A stretch of 62,125 nucleotides of DNA, counting the filler, from Asterionella formosa (Eukaryota): the NCBI GenBank assembly GCA_002256025.1. It is 7 parts of 7 records of this genome, joined end to end, with 100 filler letters (N's around TTAATTAATTAA, not from the genome) between each part and the next. Parts side by side here need not be neighbours in the genome. Positions count along the whole stretch, not along the records: positions 44,460 to 53,243 come from NKIB01011636.1; positions 53,344 to 62,125 come from NKIB01011638.1; 5 more parts are not named here. One strand, given 5' to 3'. Below the pieces are notes generated by a model, which worked only from the letters and a program-made list of their open reading frames with translations, was not told the origin of the DNA and made no database searches. The position numbers and the translations under genes were made by a program. Positions 48,032-61,604 of the stretch are shown here, one piece after another. The first letter of the stretch is position 1. Each line of letters starts with the position of its first letter.

Positions 48032-50668
48032 CTCTCCAAATTGACTGTTGTCAACTGGCGACAACTCCTTGCTTCTACTTTGATCCTTTAACATTTAGCT
48101 CACTTTATTCCGAAGTATAGAGTCTAAAAACCTTCATTGAAGTTACTATTCTTCAATTATCTACAGTTTCCATAACATTTTCAAGTCAGTGTAAACTTTT
48201 TTCTTGATAAATGTATATGAATTTATACACATTTTCGAGGATGAATTATTTATATAAATTTACATACATTTTTGAATACAAATAAGGACATGTGTTAATG
48301 AACTTTTATTTCATTATACCTTTTTACCAAACATTTATTCATGATGCGCCGCACCTTCCACCATCATCATGAGCGATGATTCTCCAACTTTCAAGTCCAA
48401 TGGTCAGAACCCATTTGCCACACCAGCCAGTATCACCTGAATCTTCAGGAGCAAGCTGAGGATCAGAAAGCTGTGCTGCAGCACGTGCATTTCATGGAGT
48501 CTACTCCCCACAATGGCAAGTGTAGGTGTATCTTTGAAGCATCAGTTGCCTTGCTCTCACAGCATCAACTCCTTCCAGCATTTTTTGAAATCGAACACTT
48601 GCTTGCTTTTATTTTTCGTAAAAAAGCAACATATTTTATATTCATGACTTCTTATGCATGATAACAAAGTTCTGGACCAAGTCTACAGTTACCAGCAAGA
48701 GTAATCCTTTTGTGTTAATCTATGCATTGCAGCCTGGTGTGCTGTTTCATTTCGTTTCCTTGCATGATCATCATCATCTATTCCACTCCTTGCATCTTCG
48801 CTCTGGCGACCAAAATGCAACAATTTTTCCGTCAATGAGCCAGAATATCCTTCAGTCAAATTCAGCATTTCCGGAGTTAAAATGGTTATGTTTCCGGCAA
48901 ATGATGAATTGAGTTGTTGCGTGCTTCTTGTGCTCTTTATTTCCTTAGTGAACAGAAGGTTATAGTCGATAGTCCCCCATCCTTGTTTTGTGACTGCTTT
49001 TCTGTTCTTTTTTGCAAAGCTTTTCCTCAGGCAGTTGAAACAAAGGCAACAATATCAGATTTACCATGGGGATGACAGCAGGAGCACTAACTGCAGCAGT
49101 AGTCATAGCTGTAGACAATAATTCAAACTATTAATCATAGCATTTATATTATTATCTACTGTCAAGTCGTCATCCTCTTCCCTTGTCAAAGTAGATGTTC
49201 TACTACTGGAATAGTAATATGATCTCAAGTCATTGTCTCCCTGAAAATCTTCTGATAGTAGCATAGCAATGTTGGGGAAAGCAATTGCATCAGCCTTTTA
49301 AAACCAGTAGTCTACTTTCGTTTATATCAGCCAAGGTTCAAGTATGGGTCATGGCAATGGGTCAAGGCAATTTTTAGGGTTAGGGAATACATACTAGTCG
49401 AGCTTTTCAAGGGGGAAGTCTCCATGTCACCACTTTTAATATCAAATAATATTTTACAACATAAAACGATGAATGAGCTAAATTAATTTGAATCCACTAA
49501 GTAAGATACTTCAATTACACCTTTCAAGTAGGCAATCCTAAAAGCAGAAATAAAGTGCTATTTTATTTCTCGTCATCATTCAAATCTTTGCTTCGAATGA
49601 CTATCAGGCACCATAGACTACAGACTACATGATGGGTCAATTAGAAATATAATAGTTAGATATTTGATGTATGAATAGCAATTCTAAAACAAGACCGTAA
49701 TTTTCATTGTCCTTGCTTGACCCTATACTACTCAACTAGCAGTATTAGGAGACTACTATTTATCGCTTGCGACTGCATCATTGTTTCAGGATGCATGTGC
49801 TAACGGATTTGTTGCTTATTTAATCATGCAGGACTCAGAGTAGTTAGCAAAGGAACTGTTACAAAATTGAAACATGTGAATTAGACATGGCTAGGATCAG
49901 TTTATATAAACTGCCAAAATATCGCCAATCAGCCAGGATGGCGGGTTAATATAGTATTCGAATCAACTAATCTTATCATAAGTAGTACTGACATAGGAAT
50001 TTACCTTGGATTTATTTCATACACCAGGGAGATGTACGAAAATATATTTCATCACAAGAATCCGATTCCGACAAGGAAGCTGGTACATAGTGACTCTAAT
50101 TCCACCTTTTGCGACCATTGGAAAGGTTTATTTGGTCGACTTTTGGGGTAATAATTGTTCAATTAAAACTAATAGGTATTCTTTGGTGTAAAGGATCAGT
50201 ACATAACATTTGGAAAAAAGTATAGTTTGGTTCCTTTACCATGACAAAAAACATTTGAGCCCCACTTTTTGGTCTTCTTAGCAGAGTAAAAACAGAAGGT
50301 CCTTGCTGCATTTTCTTGCTAGATGCTGCATACTGATGTTATATAGAGTAGACCTATACCAATACTTGGCATTTACAATACCAACAATGAGTTCCATGGA
50401 TTTACTGTGAACTTAAAACTGCATAACTTTAAGTGAGGAAATTCTGCATATCTGACTGGATACCTCCATTGTAATCACTGGTACTCCAAGTAGTCATTGG
50501 TGTGATCAAAGATTGAAGAACTTTCATGGTCAGAATATTGTGCAGCTTGCTCCATTCACCAAGCAAATAAGATAAAGTATAGTTCATATCTGATCTTCAG
50601 AATGTTTTTTCATGGTAGATTTGTTGATGTTACCATGCAGTTCTTTGTCTTCACTAGCAGTTCCTGAT

Positions 50669-51475
50669 TCAAACTAAAGTGGGGCTTCTTCCGGCCATTT
50701 TTGTTCTGAAGGTAAACCAGGGGGAGCATTCCAAGACCTGCATAATTCTACATGTGACTTTATTGTATTGACCTCTCGCGTTTCCGTACTTGAATTGTGC
50801 CTTCCGTTTCCCATCAGCTTTGACAATCCAATATCCACGTTCAGTTTGATAAAGGTAACAATTGAAATCAACCCTCAGAGTGAAGGAGGTGACTGTAATT
50901 ATTGATGAATGAAACACTGAGCACCCATTCTCACCGAGTTTCTCTCCCGGTAATTCTGTTTCACATAATTTTAATACACCATCCTTTGTTCAAGCGGCAT
51001 TTGGTGTGTTAGATGATGGTCTTTCCTCTAAATCGGACGGTTCCCTTGGTAAAAATCGATTTAGTCGGCGGGTTGAGTAGTACAGTTGCTGCCTACGAAA
51101 TGCAATTACTTCGGGAGTTCCCTTGTCCAAGAGTGCTTTGTATAAGCTTCCATTCCGGATTTGTTCTCGGAAACGCTGATCAATGTTTTCATCAACTCTA
51201 GGTTGTGACTGAGCCTCATGTCGCCATCTCAGAGCATCTCGAACGGAACTCACGTGACTGTAGGAGTTCAGCAGCGAAATTGGGAGGATTGTGGACATGA
51301 TCTTAATTGGAAGCGTAGGGGATCCGCCAACACCAGAAGCATCTGCATCTTGTTCCAAAGATTCTCGAGGTTCGATCTCACCTTCGTTAAAGTTCTTGTA
51401 CATTTCCTCCTCGAATGCACCATCACGCGACCCGCTCATCGTCAATTGCTCGGCATTGGCCTCTCCTGACCGCAT
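50669..51475 (-). pseudogene. Unidentified gene or pseudogene fragment
   Basis: A 161-aa ORF with coding-like composition continues in the same frame after TGA into 50669-50917. Confidence 0.35.
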
Positions 51476-54030
51476 CCTTCAGAGCAGCCAAGATCGGACG
51501 ACTTGATTAGTATTCACCGCTTTTGTGGACCAATCGTTCCAAATTCATTCCAGAAGGACTGCGCTAATATAATTGTAGAATATTTATGTTTACTTTGAAA
51601 TGTTGGATGAATGTTGTTTTTGTTTGTCCCTGTTTGTCCCTGTTTGTCCAAGCCATGCGAAACTGAACGTGGCGGTACCTGGTACATGGCTTCGTGAAAG
51701 TGGTGGCACAAACGTTTTATTTCTGTATGTCATAGTCGGAGTACCGGTCAGGTACTCCGCCAGGCAGTATGCAACGTTTGTGACTGATGTATTAGTATAC
51801 CGGTAACTCCGGGGTACCCAGGAGTAAATCGGGACTCCCTCACTTGTTACCAATTAGAATGTTGGTGTTGCTCTGACCTCACACTATTAGGTATATATAA
51901 ACACTGTTTTATGGTACATGTTACCTGGTACCAGGTACCGGTACTAACAGGTACATAGGCAGAAATGTGCAAATCGTTTTGCTTGCTTAGTTTAAGTGTG
52001 GTGGTTGCGATGCACAGAAGAAAAAGAGGGAGATATACAAATACATTTATATATATACCAATATTTCTATGTACCGATAGATGGTTCTTATATTAGGATC
52101 AATTGTTTCGGACATACCCATATATAGGACAGTGGTGTCATTCACGACATGTCGTAAATTTAAGAAGTAGTCGTAGTCTTGTCAATTCACATAAATGATT
52201 GAAGTCACTTTGAACCAGTGTATTCGCGCAAAAGTGTACCAACAATTCTGTCCTGCTTTCACAATATCCATTTTTTGATTGACATCATGCATATAATAAT
52301 AATATAATCGTAGTCGTACCTTTATTATGTGCATGTTAATTGTCCAGTATGACCTTTGAGAAGTGTACTCGCGCAGAATTGAGAATGAAATCAAATGATA
52401 TGGAAATGATGGTAAATTTTCCTGTACGTGACCACTGGACGGAAATCAGTCTATTGTTCATCCTGCGTCGTCTATTAATAGGGTACTACTATGCTATGTC
52501 ATCCTTTACTTGGTAAGGCTGGTTGCATCAAAAAAATAATTGTGGTAGCCCACGTAGAACTGGTACAAAATATTATCCTTATCTCTATAGGTTTAAGGAA
52601 TATCTCACCAATTTGTTCGCTTCGGTCACCTCACCATGTTGCTCAATATCGCCGCCGTTACTTGCGCAAAAGTGATTCCCCAAAGGCTTTTAGATGCGTT
52701 CTTCTAGTCATGAGTGGAACGCTTTTTGGGAATCACTTTTCACATGATATTCAAAAAGTTGTAGCAATATCAGTTATGGCTGCTATCAGTGACCCTGCCA
52801 TTCATGGTATTTGGTTGCTGGTCAATAAATTCAGGGAATATCGTCATGAAAGCACTCCCTTGGCGATAATATAAACCTTAATACTTATAGATTGATAAGG
52901 TATCTCAATAAGGTGTTTCCAAATCTATCTTTGGAAGCAAATGAAGTCGAGATTTCTAGTACAGGCAGGAAGGTGATGATATTTCGACATTATCAAACAA
53001 AGGAAAAGTAGGCAATTACTTGTTAATATTTAAAGGAAAGACGCATTAGCAGTCCCTAAGCTTACTACATATATATATATTATCTGAGTGGGAAGATAAA
53101 TGGAAGAGGCTGATAAGAGTGGAAATCAGGGTCATGATGGTCGAAAATTTTATGATTGTCATGTTAAGGCTTATGTATCCTACTAAATTGATCTTCAGGT
53201 TGCAACCAAACAAAGGAGCACCAGGTACCCTGGTACTGGTACTNNNNNNNNNNNNNNNNNNNNNNNNNNNNNNNNNNNNNNNNNNNNTTAATTAATTAAN
53301 NNNNNNNNNNNNNNNNNNNNNNNNNNNNNNNNNNNNNNNNNNNACATTGTGACTTCGACACATTGCGCATTCGAAGGATGGAGAATGTTTAAGGTAATGA
53401 AGCCATCAATGTGGTAGCTACTTGGATGACAATCGTTGGGAGGCAGGACAACAACAAATTGTTAACTAAACGCAGCCACATTTCCTTTTTTCTCAGTTGA
53501 TTCAACAGCTCGTTTCGCTTGTTGGGGAGCACCAATGTAAAACAAAACCAAACCAAATTGCGTAAGTGCTCTTGTCGCTCGTTGGACCTATTCACTTCTG
53601 TTGGAACAAAGCTGACAAACGTTTACCTTCTCTCAAAGTTAGCTAAGATGACAAAAATGTACCGGTAAGTTTTATTCAACAACATTGGATACCCGAAACT
53701 TACTTATTCAAGAATTTACTGACAAGTTACTATTACAGACTTATGCATCAGTTGCATTGATTTGTGGTAAGTGAAGCAAGAGGATACGATGGAATTGCGT
53801 GTCGTTGTTTCAATGTAACATGACTACTAGCTAACAAATCATTCCTTCTCATTGTTTCTGTAACTGCATAGGTTGCTGCAATGTCAATTGAATCCTCGAC
53901 TCAAATAAAAGAACTCTGCAATACAGTTGAATGGTGAGTGTGTTCTTGTTGTGTACCTAAATGCTAGTATGGCTTGTCAGCTCACGCATTGTTGTTGACA
54001 ACAGGCAGGGACAATGAGGTCCGGAATGAA

Positions 54031-54720
54031 CTGTGTGTTGCTTTCTGCTGTTGCTAGTTCTATCATATACATTACTGACACACTGTTGTTATGAAAATCT
54101 CTGCAGGTCAATGAAGAAGTCATTTCAAGTACAAGAAGGAAATCAGTGTGTGAGGATGCATTCATGTTGCAACTTCGTAGAATGATGCCTGTTCAAGAGT
54201 GAATAATTTCCCCCTTCTGAATGAATGGCTTCTCCTCGTCTTGCAATGTCCTTACAGATGTCTCATAATGCCTGCCTTCTCAAGACTGAAGATTCCATTC
54301 TGATAGTACAGCTTTGTTTGATTGCATATCGAGATTTGTTTCCCATGTAATGTGAAATACCGGTTGTTGAATGAGTAATCAACATTATTTGATAGTACTT
54401 TTAAATTACGTAAAAAAATTTCATACATTACGTGAACTATATTATAGAATTACGTGAACAAAAATTTAAGGCAATGTGAACTGAATTACAGAATTAATTG
54501 AAGTATTTCAAATAATTATGTGAAGGTGATCACGTAATATAGTGATGATCAGGAATGCATGCATGATACTCTGATCAAATAATGAACGTGATGTATTCAG
54601 ATAATATATAGATATATTCAAGTAAGCATTTTGATGTATTCAACTAATTCATGTGATCCATTCAAAATCAACTTGGCTTATTTACGTGATGGTCACTTCA
54701 CGTAATACGCGGCTTAGATG
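54031..54720 (-). mobile_element. Second copy of the left arm of the CACTA-like element at 3109-6096
   Basis: Reverse-complement match to ~3114-3810, including the terminus CATCTAAGCCGCGTATTACG. It abuts an LTR fragment. Confidence 0.85.
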
Positions 54721-54874
54721 TGGTCCTACAGGCCGCTAGTACCAGGCGCCTGCATGTCACAAGACAGACCTCGCAGGACTACACCTAACGGTTTCCCCGT
54801 TGAGCATACGCCCGAGACACCCTGACGTATACCCAGAATTTACCAAAAGGGAAGGGCTGATGAGACTGTCAACA
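54721..54874 (-). mobile_element. Truncated copia LTR of the same family as 7636-7917
   Basis: Begins TGTTGAC on the minus strand. ~128 bp are near-identical to 7652-7779. Confidence 0.85.
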
Positions 54875-55800
54875 CGGATGGCAAGCTCATCATAAATCCG
54901 GGCGTGCACAAAACAATGTTACCCCGGTAGCTATATTATTTTTTGATATCTATATATATGTATGATGGAACGAAATTACGGTATATATTTTTTTAGAAAC
55001 TCATGCTCATTAGTTTATTTAGCTGAATCGCTTTGGTAGTAATTAATAGCCGATATTACCTGCATACATTTATATGTACAACTCAGTTTGCGGACGAACG
55101 AAAATCAATAGCTCGATGTACTACTGGTAGTACATCCTGTCTCCCATCATGATGAAACCAATATTTTGTACTACCTGGTGCTCCGAGCACCGAAATACCG
55201 TTACTCTGGGACTCCGGTAGGTACTGATTTACATACCGGTATATACCTTTGTGCGTGGAGTGATATTGAAACTACAAGCAGCAACGTAGATTCATTATCA
55301 ACGTATAAACAAGAGCCATGAGCATACATGTTGGCATACTCCTAATGTATATACCGGTACGTGTTTTGGCGTTGAGCAAAATTATGTCTACATTCAGCAA
55401 CGAAGAAAAAGAATAAACGTTTAATACCATATTTATTTTTTAAATGGAACTCCATCAATCTGGCCCCGATTCCTGTTTAATTCAAATAATCAAATGGACA
55501 CTCGAATCATGAGAATTCATAGTAGAAAACTCCCTGTTCCACGCCGTTTTAACAACCCTAGCGACATCTTCTCCGAACTAGGGTTAAGCCTGGGCCGCAA
55601 CCTTAAGATTGCTGAATTTGAACCCCTAGCAGGAGGTAGGGTTTATAAAATAATATTGAGTCAGACTAATCAAACACGTACTTTTCACGTATAAAATGGA
55701 TGTGTATAACGCTCAACGACGCTTTCACCAATACACACCCTTTCCATCTGCTTACATACAGTCTTCGGACAAAGAAGGGGTGTAGGTCCAATCTATATAT

Positions 55801-55956
55801 CGTCAGTATATAGGATCTGGTCAGAAACTGAAGAAAGGAACTTAAATTTTTTAACTATGCTAAAATGATTCGAAAATTCGTGGGAAATCTGTTTATTTGG
55901 CAAGGTTAAAAAAAAGTTCCTTTCTGCAGTTTCTTGCCAGAAGTTATATACTGATG
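55801..55956. mobile_element. MITE-like hairpin (~55-bp imperfect inverted repeats)
   Basis: CGTCAGTATATAGGATCTGGTCAGAAACTGAAGAAAGGAACTT...TTAAC pairs with GTTAA...AAGTTCCTTTCTGCAGTTTCTTGCCAGAAGTTATATACTGATG. Confidence 0.7.
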
Positions 55957-57070
55957 CTATTTCAAAGTTACCTATGTATCTAAATCGCCGTCAGACCAAA
56001 CCAACGTTTAGCTATCGTTGTCCAAAAACTCCGACAAAATCGGCCTTTTCTACTGTCGCCAAAATATCGGAATCAGAATTATTAAGTGCCAAAACGTCAT
56101 CATTGGAATGGTAGTCGTGTGCCGGAATTTTTAGTCCTAAAATCTCCTGTCCAAAAAATTCCATTGTAAGTGCCCGCTTCCACATTTATAATATGATTGG
56201 TGAACGTGAATTACATTCCTCTGTTTGATTGGCCTGGTTTGCAAGGTCTTGCAAACCCACACTGGCCACATTGTATAAACATGTAATATTTTCTTGGGTG
56301 TACTGACAGTCCGGTTCTATATTCACGACGGGCATACCATTCGATGATCTTCATTGGACATACGCATACCGCTCCTTGAGTGCACTTTCAAATTATTTGC
56401 CAAGCCGCCAGGTTGTATACATGACCCATAATCGTCGATCGGAGTATAGATTGTAGTACTGGTGTATGCACATGAAGCGATGTAGAATCTAAATATTTAT
56501 ATATATATTAAACGATTTGAATATGTCGAACGGATTCAATGCATAGCATATAAAATCGTTAATCGGAGTATAGAGTGTCCATGCATACAGGTTGATCGTA
56601 TTTTTAGCGTATATATACATTCAGTGACTAAGAGTGTCAATATATATATTTAGCGATTTCGATAAGGAATCTATGTACGTACTCGCAAATTTCCACTGAT
56701 TTAAATATTTCAAATGGAATCACGTCATTCAAAAATAGCTAATTAAATTCTTAATTCCAGGGAATTTTCGCAACCCTAAGCAATATTTTAATTTTTGCCT
56801 AGGGTTTCAAATACAGCAACCTCAATATCTTTCTATGGTATTAGTCAACACTATACCAGTAAAGCTACCTAGTTGGTTTCAAAATCATTATTTCTTACTT
56901 TTTATCATGAATATATATTGAATCTAGCAACAATCATTCATTTGCACTTTCTGAATTTAATTAAATTGTAATATACAAATTATCCTTGTTAGATAGACTA
57001 CTAGTATAGTTAGTTATAGTATATACATATAAATATCAATTTCGATTATCTAAACAATCAGGACCTTCTC

Positions 57071-57760
57071 TCAAGACAGAGGCAGCTGAAGGAAGCCCTG
57101 GCTCTTTGCAGTCCCATCCAACCTCTTCATCAAAATACTAAATTCGTCTAGATACTGCATTCTTCTTTTACATTCACACCAAATAACCTTGTTGCCATCA
57201 CTTATGGTTGCAAAAGATACATCCTGATTGTCCAAATATTTTAGTGGGCCTATCTTCTTCACTTGATCTCCAAAATGCCACAGGCAATATGCAATTGCCA
57301 CAGTGCACAGTGAGAACTTCCAACCAACTGGAACATGACGTAAAATTCACTCGTGTGAATGAAAGAATAATTCTGACATAAGTGAAGACTGCCTGGATTC
57401 ATCAACTTTGTCAGCACCATTGTGTTCATTGTTTATCATCATTTCATTTCTCATTCCATTCAAATGGTCCTTAATCACCTCTAGACTTGACCCAACAACC
57501 TTCTGCATAAACTCAACCATTCCAGACTCCGACAATACACCTCCAAATGTCCAATCATCAACCATTTTTTTCAATTCCTTTGGCAGTGATGGCTCAAGTG
57601 CATGTAGTTTGACTCTCATGATCCTAATGGCCGCAAGATGGGCAACATGAGGAGGTATACATGTCAACTTCACAGCAAATGAGGATTCTTCTTTGCATGG
57701 AAGATATAGAACAACAATATGTTCATCGAGTGCAAAAAACTCCCTTGATGTCGTGTTGAT
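57071..57760 (-). mobile_element. Crypton-like transposon relic, C-terminal region
   Basis: LTCIPPHVAHL (TGIPPH-like), then RHVPVGWKFSLCTVAIAYCLWHFGD...IGPLKYLDNQD, typical of stramenopile Crypton C-termini. In-frame stop present. Confidence 0.65.
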
Positions 57761-58246
57761 AGCAGCCAGTCTTACTCACTGCCGACTTGTCCATACAAAG
57801 TTGTTGGAGATGTTCGTCTGTAAATAAATATGATTGATCATACAACAAAACTGATTGATTGATTAATATTATAGCATTGATCTTATGTATGCTTGGCATA
57901 GATCACATGCATATTATGTAATATCTAATCGATTGCATTTGTAACATTAATAACGAAGCACATTTAGTATACACTCATCATATATATATCAATGAGTTTC
58001 AAATCAATAGATCATACGATATGCTTATGATCAATACAGCACTCTCACTCTTATTATCAACTAACATTTTGGTGTACGATCTAAAGATAGTAATCGTGAG
58101 ATCAAATCAGTTATTCATTCAGTCTAACCTTTGGAATGCTAATATCAAATAGAATTTTTAGCTTTAGATCTAGCGTTCATTACTACTGATTTAACTAATT
58201 TCTCTCATCGATCAAAGTACGTATTCTACCACCAGGTACAAATCCT

Positions 58247-59061
58247 GTGGCGGGGAAACGGCTAATTGTTGTGAATGGTGCGGAGGCGGAACTCTACATT
58301 GGTGACGAGATCTGGGATCCAGACGATTTTTCGAAAAATGTGGGTGAAGACGTCACTGAAATGTCAACAGGAGTAGCTGCAGTTTCAACAGTAAATAATG
58401 GAGGAGGAGGCGTACAGCAGCAGCACCAACAACAAGCCATCAATGCATTTATTCAGAGGAACCGGAACAAGAATGAATTCCTTGGGCTGTACTCACAGCA
58501 GGGGAGATTCAACAAGAGGTGAAGGAGATTCAAAGCCAGATTTCTATCCTAACAAGTCAAGCACCGTGACCAAAGGGATGGGCAAGATGCAGACAAGCTT
58601 GAATCGACTTTCCCGGATGCCGGCACAAATGCTCAGGGGCAGTGTTTCTAATTTTGATTAACAAATGCCAACAACAACCCAAATTCAAATGGCGAAAATG
58701 TTGCTGTCATAGAAACCAAGAACAACAACAGCCAAGCAGGCAATGACGACAAACAAACGAATATGGCTTTGGATCCTGTTTACAATAATAGCCTTTCCAA
58801 GACACCAAAAACACTATTTGTTCTTTGGCAAGAATGGGAAGTTGGAATTACAGGACGAAAGCCAACAAGGATATTTACAAGCAAGGGCAGAGAGGGGGAG
58901 GACAAAATTTATCAATTATCGATGCAAGGTTTTCTGGGATACAGTGGCAGGTCTTGTTCGAGCTGGGTACACTGCACATGCTGCAATCGACCGAACTCAA
59001 TTTTCTCAACCAAATGTTGAAAAATCGCCGCAATGGTGGGCATCCACAACTATGTGTCTAA
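58247..59061 (+). mobile_element. Crypton-like transposon relic with a GCR1_C-like domain
   Basis: LSKTPKTLFVLWQEWEVGITGRKPTRIFT / ERGRTKF...KVFWDTVAGLVRAGYTAHAAIDR / RRNGGHPQL across frameshifts. Confidence 0.8.
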
Positions 59062-59509
59062 TAAGATTTATACATTAACTTTTAGGAAAATACTACATGC
59101 TTACATTCCATTCTCCTTTGATTTACAATTTACATACTGACTTAATTTTATTTTCGCAGCATGCATGACATGATACTAGCATGCATAAACCGGGTATATT
59201 GTGGCTATTTACATATTGGCAATATTTGACATATACTGCCAAGCCAAAAATGATCGAGACCCATACTCCAGTGCATGCTTTGTACGTCATGCTAGTAAAC
59301 TACTAAGTGCACTAGCTTTCACTACGGCAAAAAATGGTAATATTGGGGGTAAAATTTCTTTGTCAATACTTGCAGAGTAAACCGCTCCCGGTGTGAGTGA
59401 TATGCTAATGATGTGATGCTCGATTTCGACATCAAGCATTACATCCAAGCTGATTCTGGATTCCGTTTCTCAATTTGCATGCTCGTGTGTAGAATTTGTC
59501 GTTTGTACC

Positions 59510-60219
59510 TACCTGGTACGAACGGAAACACCACCGACCTCAGTGTCCGGTATAACTGAAATTCAACTCATCAACACCAGCGCCAATAAGCAACTACTCC
59601 TGATATCTCACGGTCGCCTCAGTGTCGTAGCAGCAGAACCAGTCACTCACAATCAGATACATCGTCCTGGGCTCAACGAGACGACGTCGTCGATGGAGAC
59701 CCTCGGAAACGTTACGACCAGGAACCTCACTCACGGCTTGCTTCCAATGATTATCCGGCTGGAGGAGGAGCTTCACCCATGGCTCCTGAAGTAATGGAAG
59801 TCAACCGAGCAGCCAAAGAAAAGGGAGGGACTGCACAAACATTTTTGGTCTCACGATTCCAGACAATGTATATCCGGGAATGCAATTTATGGTGGCACTA
59901 GAAGGACAGAGATTCATGGTGTTCACATCATAAATAAATCCTCCTTCCCATGATACAGATATATCCTGCCCTGATGATTACCTTGTCTATTATAGATTCC
60001 TTGGCCGTGTCATGGGCCGAGCACTCTTTGATCGGCAACTTATGAAAGGACATCTGGTCCATCATCTCTACAAACATCTCTAAAAATTCCTGTTTTTACC
60101 CATGGGCACATACATGTTTCAATCGCCTTGACCTACCTGACAACCAGTCAAAGAAGGAGCTTGAAGAGAAACTAAGGCTGGCTGTGACCACTTCTTGCAT
60201 TGGTTTTGGCTTGGAGTAG
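59510..60219 (+). pseudogene. Internally deleted HECT E3 ubiquitin ligase pseudogene
   Basis: VTIPDNVYPGMQFMVALEGQRFMV, then SCPDDYLVYYRFLGRVMGRALFDRQLMKGHLVHHLYKHL, then AHTCFNRLDLPD...ELEEKLRLAV...GFGLE*. Confidence 0.85.
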
Positions 60220-60429
60220 GCAGAATGCAAACATCATGACTAGTTTCCCATCTTTTGTATGGCTGTAGTGGTTGTAAACACTATAAGCTGTCCATTTTAT
60301 GTGTCGAAACATGATTTAAATAACCAAAATAATTAGGATTAGGTAAAGGAAGGAGCTACAATGACGATTATCCAATGACGATGAGGTGACTAGTTAACTT
60401 GCCAAAAAGTAATGAGACTCCTCCCAAAT

Positions 60430-61260
60430 TACCAACATCATTTATTCCAATTTAAGCAAGTCATACACAAGTGGAAAATTCGCAGCTCAAGCAAAATAGC
60501 TTGCAGCAGACGATAAGGCTGGTCGTCCGGAAAACACCATTCTTGCCTATAGAAGAAAAATGGCAGAATTCCTTGATTTTTCTCATTATGCCTTTCCATC
60601 CAAGGTGGATGGCATCCCATCTACAACAGTGACAGAAGAAAAGTTCTTTGGCTTTTTATGGTATCAATCAAGACGTCATCAGCGACCCAGAGGACGACCA
60701 GGTCAATGTAAACATTTGGAAGAACAATTTTCAAAGGATGATTATGAATCTGTAATTTCCAACACTGACAATACTACAAATGTTGGAACAATGCTGTTCA
60801 GCATTCCTTGTCCATCATTTTTTTCATGCTCCTATAGTTTGGCAAGCCTCACGGCAGATTCAATTGAAGAAAATTCAGCTGTGCAGTGTGTCAATACAAT
60901 GTTGAACCCGGTTTCAGGTTTAATTTGGGCCAGAGATTCAAAATAGTACCATTTTGCATGCATCATGATGAAAGGATATCATGTCCTCCTCTGTCCTTCT
61001 AGGATTCAGAGCAGCCGCCATGCGATGATGAGCAGTCACAAAACCGCTTTGTATGTCACAATTATCAACCAATTTTCATCGATTGACAGGCCTGAAAACC
61101 TTTGTGTCATCGTCTGCAACGGAAAGGTTCATGTTTGCAATCTTGTGGAGCATCTATAGCAAAGTGAAAAAAAGGCCGACGTTTCTTGCATTTGTATTTG
61201 AATGTGCATTCAAAAATGTACAACAAAGGATAACATGAAGACGACGTGGTTGCGTAGCAA
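60430..61260 (+). mobile_element. Crypton-like transposon relic, N-terminal (Ndc10-like) region
   Basis: GRPENTILAYRRKMAEFLDF...VTEEKFFGFLWYQSRR...RGR matches the RPxNTxxxYxxKxxEF...VTxEK...FL pattern. Decays downstream. Confidence 0.65.
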
Positions 61261-61604
61261 CAACGCAACGACGAGGAGGTGTGGCTCTCACAGCAGTCGC
61301 TTTTGAAAAAGTTCTGCAAAGCCAAGGCTCATCGCACTCCTGCTAAAAAGAATCCACAATGACAAATGATACAAGGCGTGAATTTATGCCTCGAGCATGA
61401 GCACGATCACGATGATGACGACTTCGGAGCAGGAGGAATGAATTGGGATGATTGTTTTGCGATTTTAATGGAAATAGGATTACTACAACATTGGATTTGC
61501 CTGTATTGTAGCACCACCGGTAAGACTATAATGATGGTGAGCGACAATCTGGTTTATACTGATGTTCATCACTGTATAATAGTGTAAAGTGTTTCTGACC
61601 TAGT

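Noticed and set aside
49374..49385. TTAGGGTTAGGG telomere-like repeat
   Set aside because: Only two units, internal, within decayed repeat DNA.
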